64,000 bases of DNA from Thermoplasmatota archaeon (lineage in GTDB: Archaea > Thermoplasmatota > Thermoplasmata > Halarchaeoplasmatales > Halarchaeoplasmataceae), in NCBI GenBank assembly GCA_036626005.1, contig JAZKSP010000001.1, forward strand, positions 1,344-65,343, written 5' to 3'. This document shows, in pieces, positions 42,237 through 51,828 of this stretch (positions within the stretch are counted from its first letter, which is position 1; the number at the start of each line of letters is the position of its first letter). Position numbers and translations under genes: made by a program. The notes below the pieces were generated by a model. That model had not been told where the DNA came from and did no database searches. It worked only from the letters and a program-made list of their open reading frames with translations.

Positions 42237-43081
42237 AACAATCCCTCCTTCAATTTTTTTAGATGTTGAAGGGCTCTATCTCGCTTATCTTCTCCCAAAG
42301 TATGGGGGCTGTATCTAGCCTCTTCGAACAGATAGGTGATATTTGAGATAATCTTTTCTTGAACCGGTATCTTCTTGACCGCTTCATCTTTGAACTCCCG
42401 AGGCGTTTTAAAGTCGTCATTTTTTGCCCCGCTCACTTCGAGGATACGACTCATTTCCCGATAACATCTGATTATTGTGGACCTTACGGCTTCTCCTTCG
42501 TGTAGATCGTCGATTGCTTTATTGAGTGTAGATGATAGTGACTCCTCCATTTCTTCCTCGTACATTTCTCTATCCATCTTCACTTCATTTAGAGGTTCTA
42601 GCGAGTGTTTTTCTTGGTTTTCTTCCTCACTACTGAACATTTTTAGATAAAGTCCATAGATTAAAATTGATCCTGACAAGAGGATCAGCAAAAGAAAACC
42701 TAGGTCTGGAAGGAAATGCAGTGATGGAAATTTTGGGGATGGTGGAAGCTTGAAATCACCTCTTATCGATAGCACAGCGGCGGGATAGACAAATAGTAAA
42801 ATAGCGGCTAACTGAAATAGTATCCAAAATCCTAATAGGATGAGCCCGGTAAGCATACTAGTGGTATCTTTATCATATAAAAGGTAAAATGAGTAGATGA
42901 TCGGGAATGATATCAAGACTAGAGGAAGTAACAATAACGTTCTTTCCCCAATCCCTCCTTCAAAAACGGATTCTGTATCTACATCGCCTTCAAGATTGAT
43001 AAGGTTTCCCACTGCCCAGGAACAGAGGAGAACAACAAATATCGAGAAGATCACCAACTTTCTGGTCTTTCGATTTGTCAT
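42233..43081 (-). CDS. DUF4129-domain membrane protein
   Basis: IIRCYREM...KTPREF...ITYLFEEARYS. Confidence 0.8.
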   Translation of the reverse strand: MTNRKTRKLVIFSIFVVLLCSWAVGNLINLEGDVDTESVFEGGIGERTLLLLPLVLISFPIIYSFYLLYDKDTTSMLTGLILLGFWILFQLAAILLFVYPAAVLSIRGDFKLPPSPKFPSLHFLPDLGFLLLILLSGSILIYGLYLKMFSSEEENQEKHSLEPLNEVKMDREMYEEEMEESLSSTLNKAIDDLHEGEAVRSTIIRCYREMSRILEVSGAKNDDFKTPREFKDEAVKKIPVQEKIISNITYLFEEARYSPHTLGEDKRDRALQHLKKLKEGLL

Positions 43082-43190
43082 CGATACTTTAAATTATAAA
43101 AACTAGGTATTATAGGTTTCCATTCTAAGTCCTTAAAGACCTCATACATCCGAATAGTTTATTTATCTGGACTTGAATCGAATACATATC

Positions 43191-45944
43191 ATGTTCGAAG
43201 AAGAGTATCAATTTGATTACTTCGCAGAAAATGATTTCGTCAGAAAAAAGTGTAGCGAGTGCGGATCTCACTTTTGGACTTTAGATGAGGATATGGAGAC
43301 CTGTCAGGACGCACCCTGCACTGAGTTCGATTTTATAGGAGATCCCCCTACTGATCGGTCTTTCTCGGTTGAAGAGATGAGGCAGTTTTTTATAGATTTC
43401 TTTGCAGATAGAGATCATACTCCTTTGGATAGGTATCCGGTTGTGGCTAGATGGAGAGACGATGTCTTGCTAGTTCACGCAAGCATATATGATTTTCAAC
43501 CTCACGTGACTTCTGGTCAGGTCGATCCTCCAGCGAATCCCTTAGTGGTATCTCAACCCTGTATCAGATTGCCCGATGTAGACGAAGTGGGTAAGACCGG
43601 AAAGCATCAGACCGCCTTCGAGATGTTGGGGCATCATTCTTTCAATACAGTTGAGCATCCGGTCTACTGGAAAGAGGAAACTATAGAGTACTGTCATGAG
43701 ATGTTGAAAGAGATGGGGGTAGATGAGGAACTGATAGCCTACAAGGAACACCCTTGGATCGGAGGTGGAAACGCCGGTCCTTCTCTGGAAGTAAATGTTC
43801 AAGGTTTAGAAGTTTCCACATTGGTATTCATGAACATGGAAAAAGACCGTGAAGGCGAGATAGAACTTGATGGAGACAATTACTCACCCCTAGACCTTAA
43901 TGTTGTAGATACTGGGTACGGACTAGAAAGACTAGCGTGGGTTAGTGAAGGCGCTCCTACAATCTACGATTCTGTTTACCCCGATATGATCGATCATATT
44001 GTTGATAGGTTGGATTTTGAACATCCTATAGAGGACGAAAACTACAGAAGGATGCTTGAAGAATACACTAATCTTGCAGGGACTTCAGATAAAGATTACA
44101 GAGATGAGTCTCTTATGGATGATCTGATGGACAGACTTTCAGAATACAATATTGAGATGGCTAGAGAGAAATTGATAGAAAAATTATCGATATTGGAAGG
44201 AATTTACACTTTAGCGGATCACAGTTACACTATCGCCTTGATGCTTTCCGACGGAGTAGTGCCTTCGAATGTAGAAGAAGGTTATCTAGCTAGGATGATG
44301 ATCCGTCGAGCACTTAGACAGATAAACAGGATGGAAAAGGAACTTTCTCTTTCTGAGTTGGTGGAAAAACAAATGGACATACATTCAGATATAATAGACG
44401 TAGGAAAAAAAGAACTTGTCTTTGAGATATTGGACCAGGAGATAGAAAAATACGATTCTACAGTTGAAAAAGGTAAGAGGATGGTCAAAAGAGAATTAGA
44501 GAAGATGGAACATAAGGAGGAACTATCAGTAGATAAACTGATAGAATTCTATGACACACATGGAATACATCCCACCATCGTGGAAGAGATATCCGTGGAT
44601 TTCAACATAGAGGTAAATGTACCGAAGAACTTCAATGCGATGCTCGCCGAGATGCATGAGTCTTCTGCAGAGGAGATCGAAGAAGAAGTTGAAGAAGTCG
44701 AAGGTGAATTAGATCTCCCTGAAACGGAACCTCTTTATTACAAAAATCCTAACGCTCAGACTTTCGAGGCCGTAGTTTTAGACTCTAAAGAAGATGAAGT
44801 AGTTCTAGACAGGACGTTGTTTTACCCTGAAGGTGGTGGTCAGCCCGCAGATCATGGGGTTCTGATGACCGATGCTTCCAGCTATCTAGTGAGACATGTC
44901 AGAAAAAAAGACGCCGTGATCATACATGAGATCGATGGAGAGATACCTGAAGGTGAGACAGTTGAAGGTAAGGTGGATTGGGATAGACGCATGGCTCTGA
45001 CTAGACATCACTCAGCCACCCACATAATCATGAGTGCCGCTAGAGAAGTTTTGGGAGATCACGTATGGCAGAAAGGCGCTCAAAAAGACATAGAGAACGC
45101 TAGATTGGATCTCTCACACTTTAAGAGGATAAGTCGTAAAGAGATAAAAGAAATCGAAAGGATAGCGAACAAAATTGTTCTCGATGATATCCCGGTAAGA
45201 AAAGAAGAACTCACTAGAGATGAAGCTGAAAAGAGATTCGGATTCAAACTTTATCAAGGTGGCGTTCCGGAGAGCGATATCATCAGAGTTGTTCACATCT
45301 CTGACGTTGAAGATTACGATGCCCAAGCGTGCGGAGGTACTCACGTCAACAGGACATCAGAAGTCGGTCCGATAAAGGTGCTAGGTACTCAGAGGATCCA
45401 AGATGGTGTTGAAAGGTTGACGTATTCCGCCGGGATGGCAACCGTAGAAAACGTACAGCGCCAGGAAGATATTCTGAAGGAAGCTTCTTCAAGATTCAAA
45501 GTCAGCCCTGAGGATCTCCCGGAAACGGCTGAACGTTTCTTCAAAGAGTGGAAAGAACGCGGGAAAGAGATAGAGGAACTGAAAAAATACAAATCGGTCG
45601 CTATGGTGGAGGAACTTCTTCCCGGAGAGAAGGTAAACGATGTTGAGTTCGTGTTAGAAGTTGTAGACATGGGTACAAAAGAGATGCTATCTACCGCAGA
45701 AAGGATAACTTCTGAAGAGGGTAGAGTGGTTTTATTGGCCTCGGAAGGAGAGAACGTCAACCTCGTCTTTTCAAGAAGTGATGATCTAGAGCTCAATATG
45801 ATAGAGATCTTGAATGAAGCCGCAAAAGAGATAAATGGCGGAGGTGGCGGAAGTCCGAAAACTGCTCAGGGTGGCGGCAGTAAACCTGAAGGAAGAGAAA
45901 ATGCCCTGGAGAAAGCGAAAGAACTGGTTTTAGAGAAACTTTAG
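43191..45944 (+). CDS. alaS: Alanine--tRNA ligase (archaeal type)
   Basis: YPVVARWRDD, QPCIR, VDTGYGLER, editing HSATH...CGGTH, C-terminal GGGGG DHHA1. Confidence 0.97.
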   Translation: MFEEEYQFDYFAENDFVRKKCSECGSHFWTLDEDMETCQDAPCTEFDFIGDPPTDRSFSVEEMRQFFIDFFADRDHTPLDRYPVVARWRDDVLLVHASIYDFQPHVTSGQVDPPANPLVVSQPCIRLPDVDEVGKTGKHQTAFEMLGHHSFNTVEHPVYWKEETIEYCHEMLKEMGVDEELIAYKEHPWIGGGNAGPSLEVNVQGLEVSTLVFMNMEKDREGEIELDGDNYSPLDLNVVDTGYGLERLAWVSEGAPTIYDSVYPDMIDHIVDRLDFEHPIEDENYRRMLEEYTNLAGTSDKDYRDESLMDDLMDRLSEYNIEMAREKLIEKLSILEGIYTLADHSYTIALMLSDGVVPSNVEEGYLARMMIRRALRQINRMEKELSLSELVEKQMDIHSDIIDVGKKELVFEILDQEIEKYDSTVEKGKRMVKRELEKMEHKEELSVDKLIEFYDTHGIHPTIVEEISVDFNIEVNVPKNFNAMLAEMHESSAEEIEEEVEEVEGELDLPETEPLYYKNPNAQTFEAVVLDSKEDEVVLDRTLFYPEGGGQPADHGVLMTDASSYLVRHVRKKDAVIIHEIDGEIPEGETVEGKVDWDRRMALTRHHSATHIIMSAAREVLGDHVWQKGAQKDIENARLDLSHFKRISRKEIKEIERIANKIVLDDIPVRKEELTRDEAEKRFGFKLYQGGVPESDIIRVVHISDVEDYDAQACGGTHVNRTSEVGPIKVLGTQRIQDGVERLTYSAGMATVENVQRQEDILKEASSRFKVSPEDLPETAERFFKEWKERGKEIEELKKYKSVAMVEELLPGEKVNDVEFVLEVVDMGTKEMLSTAERITSEEGRVVLLASEGENVNLVFSRSDDLELNMIEILNEAAKEINGGGGGSPKTAQGGGSKPEGRENALEKAKELVLEKL

Positions 45945-46094
45945 AATATTGTATTTTGTGAACCACTAAGAGAGATAGATGGAAGATCCATCATTAAAGG
46001 TCGCTTTGAAGAGGAGACACCAACATTTTTGTAAAAAGAACGAGATATTAGATCAAGTTTGGAATCTTTAAAAGAAAAAATAGAGGGTGATTTG

Positions 46095-47543
46095 ATGAGA
46101 AAAAACCATGATCTTACTATCCTCCAGATGAATGATAGTCATGCTTATCTGGACTTACATGACGAATATTTCTGGAAAGGCGAAGAGCAGATATATAAAA
46201 AAGTTGGAGGGTACGGGAGGATAACGAGCTATTTGGATAAGGTGAGGGAAGAGACCTCCGGTTCTGTGATAGCACTGGATAATGGAGATACCATCCATGG
46301 AACTTATCCAGCGGTAAAAAGCAAAGGAAACGTGATGCTCCCTATCTTGAACAATATGGATTTCGATGCTTGGACGGCTCATTGGGATTTCGCCTATGGT
46401 CCTGAACATCTGATGGATTTTGCAGAAGAGTTAGATTATCCTTTACTAGCGATCAATTGTTACCGGGAAGATACGGATGAGCTGGTCTTCGATCCCTATA
46501 AGGTAGTGGATAAAGATGGGATCAAAGTGGGTCTCATCGGCATCGCAGCAACGATAGTAGATAAGACCATGCCGGATAGTTTCAGCGAAGATATCTATTT
46601 CACTTTAGGCAGGGAAGAATTGCCCGGATATGTTCAAGAATTGAAAGAGGAGAAGGACGTCGAGTTGATAGTCGTCTTTGCACATCTTGGTTATCCACAG
46701 GAATTGAAACTTGCAAAAGAGGTCGATGGAATAGACGTTCTGATAAGCGGACACACACACAACCGGAGTTACGAACCTGTAGAAGTCAACGAAACTATAG
46801 TCATACAATCCGGCTGTCACGGCTCGTTCATCGGGAGACTAGACTTGGATATAGAAGAGGGAAATATAAGAGGATATGACCACGAACTTGTAGAGATCGG
46901 TGAATCTATAGATCCTGATGAGAAGGTCCAGGAACTAGTCGAGAAAGCGAAAAGTCCCCATAAAGAGATGCTGGAAGAAGTCGTTGGAGAAACTGAGATA
47001 GGTCTAGCTAGAGATAGAGTTATGGAAACGACCATGGACAATCTTCTGTTGAAGGCGATGGCAGAGGTAAGCGAAACAGAGTTGGCCTTTTCGAACGGCT
47101 GGCGGTATGGTTCTCCGATACCGCCTGGAGAGATAACAATGGAAGACTTGTGGAAGATAATCCCAGTAAATCCTCCGATTTCCAAATGTGAGATCACGGG
47201 GCAGGAACTTTGGGAGATGATAGAAGAGGATCTAGAGCTGACATTTTCAAAAGACTCTTATGAACAGATGGGTGGTTATGTGAAGAGATGCTATGGCATA
47301 AATGTATATTTCAAAGTAGAGAATCCTGAGGAGAACAGGATACAGGAATTTTTTGTCGGTGGCGAGAGGTTGGATAGAGACAAAACATATGAAGCTAGTT
47401 TTGTAACGTCACAGGGTATCCATCCCAAGTACGGGAAGAATAGGAGAGAGTTGGATATCCACGCTGTAGATGCTTTGAGAAGGTATGTAGAGAAAAACAG
47501 TCCGGTGAAACCGCAAATCGAGGGAAATTTCGTACCCATTTGA
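46095..47543 (+). CDS. 5'-nucleotidase/SoxB-like bifunctional metallophosphoesterase (cytoplasmic)
   Basis: MNDSHA, DNGDTIHG, AHWDFAYG, SGHTH, SNGWRYG. No signal peptide. Confidence 0.85.
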   Translation: MRKNHDLTILQMNDSHAYLDLHDEYFWKGEEQIYKKVGGYGRITSYLDKVREETSGSVIALDNGDTIHGTYPAVKSKGNVMLPILNNMDFDAWTAHWDFAYGPEHLMDFAEELDYPLLAINCYREDTDELVFDPYKVVDKDGIKVGLIGIAATIVDKTMPDSFSEDIYFTLGREELPGYVQELKEEKDVELIVVFAHLGYPQELKLAKEVDGIDVLISGHTHNRSYEPVEVNETIVIQSGCHGSFIGRLDLDIEEGNIRGYDHELVEIGESIDPDEKVQELVEKAKSPHKEMLEEVVGETEIGLARDRVMETTMDNLLLKAMAEVSETELAFSNGWRYGSPIPPGEITMEDLWKIIPVNPPISKCEITGQELWEMIEEDLELTFSKDSYEQMGGYVKRCYGINVYFKVENPEENRIQEFFVGGERLDRDKTYEASFVTSQGIHPKYGKNRRELDIHAVDALRRYVEKNSPVKPQIEGNFVPI

Positions 47544-47601
47544 AAAGAAAAGTGGACCTGTCACAATCAAAGATTCTAACTGTTCATTTTTCGAAGAAAA
47601 G

Positions 47602-47703
47602 TGGACCAGCGGGGACTCGAACCCCGGGCCTCCACCAGTTCGGCAGCAGGTGTTTCCGCCTGCGGATGCCAAGGTGGCGATCTTCCAACTGATCTACTGG
47701 CCC
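47602..47703 (-). tRNA. tRNA-Ala(GGC) with a 29-nt intron (47638-47666) at canonical position 37/38
   Basis: Acceptor GGGCCAG/CTGGTCC with G3:U70; anticodon arm CCACC-TTGGCA^T-GGTGG; intron forms a bulge-helix-bulge (TTGG/CCGA central helix). Confidence 0.95.
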
Positions 47704-47760
47704 ATATGAGCGAGAGCGATTATAGGTCAAGTAGACAATAGGAATCTCCGATTCCTACGC

Positions 47761-47776
47761 ATCTACTGGCCCATAT
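47761..47776 (-). repeat. Direct duplicate of the tRNA-Ala 5' end plus 4-nt leader
   Basis: ATCTACTGGCCCATAT occurs at 47692-47707 and 47761-47776. Confidence 0.9.
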
Positions 47777-47922
47777 TCAGTAGATAAGAGATAGAAGTAA
47801 CTCCCATAAAAATTTTGTGAAGCTAAAACAGATGATTTTTGCTCGCTTATCAATGACCTCAATCACGTAACTATTTTATATCCGGTCCGATTTACGACCA
47901 AATAGAATAAAGAGGTATAAAA

Positions 47923-49020
47923 ATGAAACTTCAAGAGTATCAGGCTGCAGAAATTTTTGAGGATTATGGTATTCCGGTGGCTGAAAGTTATTTTATCGAA
48001 GAGCCGGAGCAGATAAAAGAAGTAGATAAACCGGTGGTTTTGAAGTCTCAAGTGACAGTAGGGAAGAGGGGCAAAGCTGGAGGTATACTTTTCGCAGAAG
48101 ATAGAGAGGAGGCTGTTGAGAAAGCTGAAGAACTCTTCAACAAAGAGATACGCGGATTAGAAGTCGAGAAAGTCCTAGTGGCTGAGCAAGCCGAGATCGA
48201 AGATGAATACTACGTTGGGATGGTCATGGACAGGGAAAACAAAAGACCTACCTTGATAATGACCACAGAAGGCGGGATGAATATCGAGGAAGTCGCGGAG
48301 GAACACCCGGACAAGATAGCGAAAAAACCAATCGATCCGGTGATGGGCATGAGAAGTTACGAAGCGATGTATCTCGCCGATTCAATAGGTCTAGAAGGAG
48401 AGGAACTTTCGCAGATGGCGAAGATAGCCCAAAAATTAGCTCAAGCCTTTCACGATTACGATTCTGAACTCGCGGAGATCAATCCGCTTGTTTCCACACC
48501 AGATGGTCTTTTGGCCATCGATGCGGTTTTCAACATAGACGACAATGCGCTTTACAGACAGGAATTTGAAAAATCAGAAAGTAAACTCGTCACCGAACGA
48601 GAAAAAAAGGCTCGTGAATACGACCTCGCTTATGTGGATCTTGAGGGCGATATAGGCATAGTCGGTTGCGGTGCCGGTCTCGTGATGGCCACACTCGACT
48701 CTGTGGCGGAATTCGGTGGAGAACCTGCCTGTTTCCTTGACCTCGGTGGAGGTGCTGATGCGGAGGATACAAAAGAAGCTCTAGAGATCATCGACATGAA
48801 AGAGGGCGTAAATTCCATCTATCTCAACATATTCGGCGGAATAACCCAATGCGACAAGATCGCACAAGGGATCATCGATTATGGGCCTACAAAACCGACG
48901 GTCATCAGGATGCTAGGGACAAATGAAGATGAAGCCAAGAGGATGTTGAAGGAAGCCGGTTATGACGTTGTCGACGGTATGGACGAAGGTGCCGAGGAAG
49001 CTGTTAAGATTAAGGAATAG
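47923..49020 (+). CDS. sucC: Succinyl-CoA ligase beta subunit-like (ADP-forming)
   Basis: MKLQEYQA, KRGKAGGI, EINPL, DDNALYR, GAGLVMATLD, NIFGGI. Confidence 0.88.
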   Translation: MKLQEYQAAEIFEDYGIPVAESYFIEEPEQIKEVDKPVVLKSQVTVGKRGKAGGILFAEDREEAVEKAEELFNKEIRGLEVEKVLVAEQAEIEDEYYVGMVMDRENKRPTLIMTTEGGMNIEEVAEEHPDKIAKKPIDPVMGMRSYEAMYLADSIGLEGEELSQMAKIAQKLAQAFHDYDSELAEINPLVSTPDGLLAIDAVFNIDDNALYRQEFEKSESKLVTEREKKAREYDLAYVDLEGDIGIVGCGAGLVMATLDSVAEFGGEPACFLDLGGGADAEDTKEALEIIDMKEGVNSIYLNIFGGITQCDKIAQGIIDYGPTKPTVIRMLGTNEDEAKRMLKEAGYDVVDGMDEGAEEAVKIKE

Positions 49021-49097
49021 CTACAAAACCCTTCTTTATTTTTTAAATTCACTTCTCTCGCCGTAATAGTTTTAACCTATATATCAAATTGATTTTT

Positions 49098-49538
49098 ATG
49101 GGATCAAGAGAACCAAAACCATTCGAATTGATAGAGATCGGAAGGGTAAAGAATGATTATTCAGAGGAGATACCAGAGGATTACCAGGAAAACACTTCGA
49201 AAGTAAAGATCCATAGAAAATACGAGGATGCTTTGTTAGGGATAGAAGAAAATTCTCACATCTCAGTGATGTGCTGGTTCGATAGAAGCGATAGAGATAT
49301 AAAGAGAGTACATCCAATGGCTGATGACTCTAATCCTCTTACCGGAGTCTTCGCCACTCGTGCACCCGTGAGACCTAATCCGATAAGTTACACTGTATGT
49401 GAACTCATGGATCGGGAGGAGAACACTCTTCGAGTTAAAGGGTTGGACGCCTTGAACGGAACTCCTGTTATAGATATCAAATCCTATAAAAGATACGAGA
49501 TAGAGGAACCGAAATATCCCGATTGGGCACCGGAGTGA
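49098..49538 (+). CDS. trmO: TsaA/TrmO-family SAM-binding protein (tRNA m6t6A methyltransferase-like)
   Basis: GVFATRAPVRPNPI and GLDALNGTPVIDIK. Confidence 0.85.
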   Translation: MGSREPKPFELIEIGRVKNDYSEEIPEDYQENTSKVKIHRKYEDALLGIEENSHISVMCWFDRSDRDIKRVHPMADDSNPLTGVFATRAPVRPNPISYTVCELMDREENTLRVKGLDALNGTPVIDIKSYKRYEIEEPKYPDWAPE

Positions 49539-49543
49539 TAAAT

Positions 49544-50386
49544 ATGTGTGGAAAAAAGATCGATGGCAGGAAGATAGCGGATGAGAAAGAAGCTGTTTTG
49601 AAGGAAAAGATAGATGAGATGGAGAGACCTCCAATCCTTCACACCATTTTTGCGGGAGAGGACGAAGGATCGAAAGTGTATTTAGGAGTGAAGAACAGAG
49701 GCTGTGAAAGAGTAGGGATAGAAACTGAAACTCATCGTTATGGCGAAGATGTGAAAAAGGAAGTATTGATAGATAAGATACATGAGTTGAATGAAGATAA
49801 GAGAGTGGATGGTATTCTGGTGCAGATGCCGCTCCCGAGGGATATGGATGGTAAAAACCTGATAGAAGAGATAGACCCTGTTAAAGATGTAGAAGGTTTA
49901 CATCCCAAGAATTTAGGGAAACTGATGATAGGGTCCGAAGATATCATCCCATGTACTCCAAAGGGCATACTCACCATGTTGGATTACGAAGGGATTCAGT
50001 TGAAGGGGAAGGAAATATGTGTAGTGAGTCACAGCACTATAGTGGGAAAGCCGATGGCTGTAACTTTATTGAATAGAGATGCCACAGTTCATGTAGTACA
50101 TGAATTCACGGAGGATATGGGAAGACATACTAAAAAGGCCGATATCTTGATCGCCGCGGCCGGTGTTCCTCATTTGATCGGCGAAGAGATGATAGCTCCA
50201 AAATCAGTTATAATAGACGTAGGGATGAACAGGTTGGAGAGCGGAGAGCTGGTAGGAGACGTTGAATATGAGGAATGCAAAGAAAAAGCAAAAAAGATCA
50301 CTCCTGTTCCTGGAGGTGTGGGACCTACAACGGTATTATCCCTTCTCGAAAACACTTACCAAGCCGCTCGTGAACATCGAAGTTAA
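49544..50386 (+). CDS. folD: Methylene-THF dehydrogenase/cyclohydrolase
   Basis: GILVQMPLP, KDVEGLHP, PCTPKG, TPVPGGVGPTT. Confidence 0.95.
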   Translation: MCGKKIDGRKIADEKEAVLKEKIDEMERPPILHTIFAGEDEGSKVYLGVKNRGCERVGIETETHRYGEDVKKEVLIDKIHELNEDKRVDGILVQMPLPRDMDGKNLIEEIDPVKDVEGLHPKNLGKLMIGSEDIIPCTPKGILTMLDYEGIQLKGKEICVVSHSTIVGKPMAVTLLNRDATVHVVHEFTEDMGRHTKKADILIAAAGVPHLIGEEMIAPKSVIIDVGMNRLESGELVGDVEYEECKEKAKKITPVPGGVGPTTVLSLLENTYQAAREHRS

Positions 50387-50429
50387 ACCACAAAAGTTAT
50401 AGCGGGCCTTCTTTTATTTTCCAATCCCT

Positions 50430-50502
50430 GCTGGGGTGACAGAGTGGTTAATGTGACCGCCTGCAGAGCGGTTTTTCGTGGGTTCAAATCCCACCCCCAG
50501 CT
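50430..50502 (+). tRNA. tRNA-Cys(GCA)
   Basis: Acceptor GCTGGGG/CCCCAGC with U73; anticodon arm ACCGC-CTGCAGA-GCGGT; T arm GTGGG-TTCAAAT-CCCAC. Confidence 0.95.
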
Positions 50503-50680
50503 TTCATTTTTATCTTACATTTTGGGAGTTGAAAGTTGGAATCTCTGATTCCGACGATCCTCGTCCTACTGGTGATGGACAGCTAAAACCTTTTTTCTGA
50601 TCTTTTTCAATAATCCATTAAAAATATTCTGATATCTCTCTTTGTAAGCCCCAAGTCCTCCTTACTTTAGTGATATCTAT

Positions 50681-51088
50681 TTAAATCGCGATAGCTCCGT
50701 AACTGATCATGAGAAGAAGAAGGACCAAAAGTAGAATAGTTCCTCCTTTACCTAGAGCGGCAGTGGCTTCATATGTGTTGGAACCGGCCCAAGCCAAGAA
50801 ATCCCAAATGTTACCTCCTGCCCATCCCAGGAATTCTTGTATGTTAGAGCCAGTCCAACTCAAAAAGTCATATATTCCTTGAGTAAAACTACCTAATGAG
50901 ACGTCATCTTCAGCTATCACTACGCTTTCTTCTGGAGCATCATCATATTCTAGATGATTAACCCCTTCTAAAGATATCGATGAAAAGACACTTTCTTCTC
51001 TAGATGGAGTCTTCCCTCCTGAAATCAATATAATCCCACTAACGATCAGGAATAGACTTAGGATGCCGGCCAGTATTTTATTTTTCAT
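50681..51088 (-). CDS. Hypothetical membrane protein with 11-aa Trp repeats
   Basis: N- and C-terminal hydrophobic helices flank GIYDFLSWTGS/NIQEFLGWAGG/NIWDFLAWAGS. Confidence 0.7.
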   Translation of the reverse strand: MKNKILAGILSLFLIVSGIILISGGKTPSREESVFSSISLEGVNHLEYDDAPEESVVIAEDDVSLGSFTQGIYDFLSWTGSNIQEFLGWAGGNIWDFLAWAGSNTYEATAALGKGGTILLLVLLLLMISYGAIAI

Positions 51089-51295
51089 TTTCGGCCCCTT
51101 TCCGCTCAGTTAACTATAACGATATCCGTCTTTATATATCTTTTGAAATCTAAACTTTTTTCTGAAGTTTATATTTGTAAAAGTTAGGTAAGTAAAAAAC
51201 TAAGAATTGGCTATGTAAATATCGAAGACTTGAAAATATTAGGTATTTAGTCATTAACTTAAAATATCTTTAAAAGTCTAGTATAGGTGAAGTTA

Positions 51296-51757
51296 ATGAA
51301 TAGCAAGATTCTTTTGGGAGAGGAAGACTTTGACCTTGAAGAATTAAAGAAAAAAGTGGTCAAAGACGATACCGGGGCGGTGATGACTTTCAGTGATATA
51401 GTTAAAAAAAAGAGAGAGGGGACCGATTTACGGAATTTAGAAGTCCGTATATATGAAGGGATGACAAGAAACGAGATGAAGAGAGTGAAAGATGAAACAT
51501 TAAAAGAATTCGATATAACAGGTATAGTCCTCGCTCAAAGGATCGGTGTAATCGATGCTAGAGAGAACGTTATGGGTATCGTCGTCAGTGCTCCGGAAAT
51601 TGAAGAGGCTATCGAGGGCTCAGTCAGTTGTTTGGAAAAATTCAGGGAGTATGTTCCCCTTTGGAAAAAAGAGACCACTATCGACGGCAAAGAACATTGG
51701 GTAGAGGAGGCCGATGAACTCCATAGTTTATATAACCGAATGGTGAAATGGATCTAA
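51296..51757 (+). CDS. moaE: MoaE-like protein (divergent)
   Basis: TGAVMTF, YEGM, QRIG, VPLWKKE...HWV. Confidence 0.75.
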   Translation: MNSKILLGEEDFDLEELKKKVVKDDTGAVMTFSDIVKKKREGTDLRNLEVRIYEGMTRNEMKRVKDETLKEFDITGIVLAQRIGVIDARENVMGIVVSAPEIEEAIEGSVSCLEKFREYVPLWKKETTIDGKEHWVEEADELHSLYNRMVKWI

Positions 51758-51828
51758 AAATACCTTGCGTAGTTTTAACCCGAACTTAACGTAAAGTATT
51801 AGTAAATGACCAATTTTGAAACCTCTAT

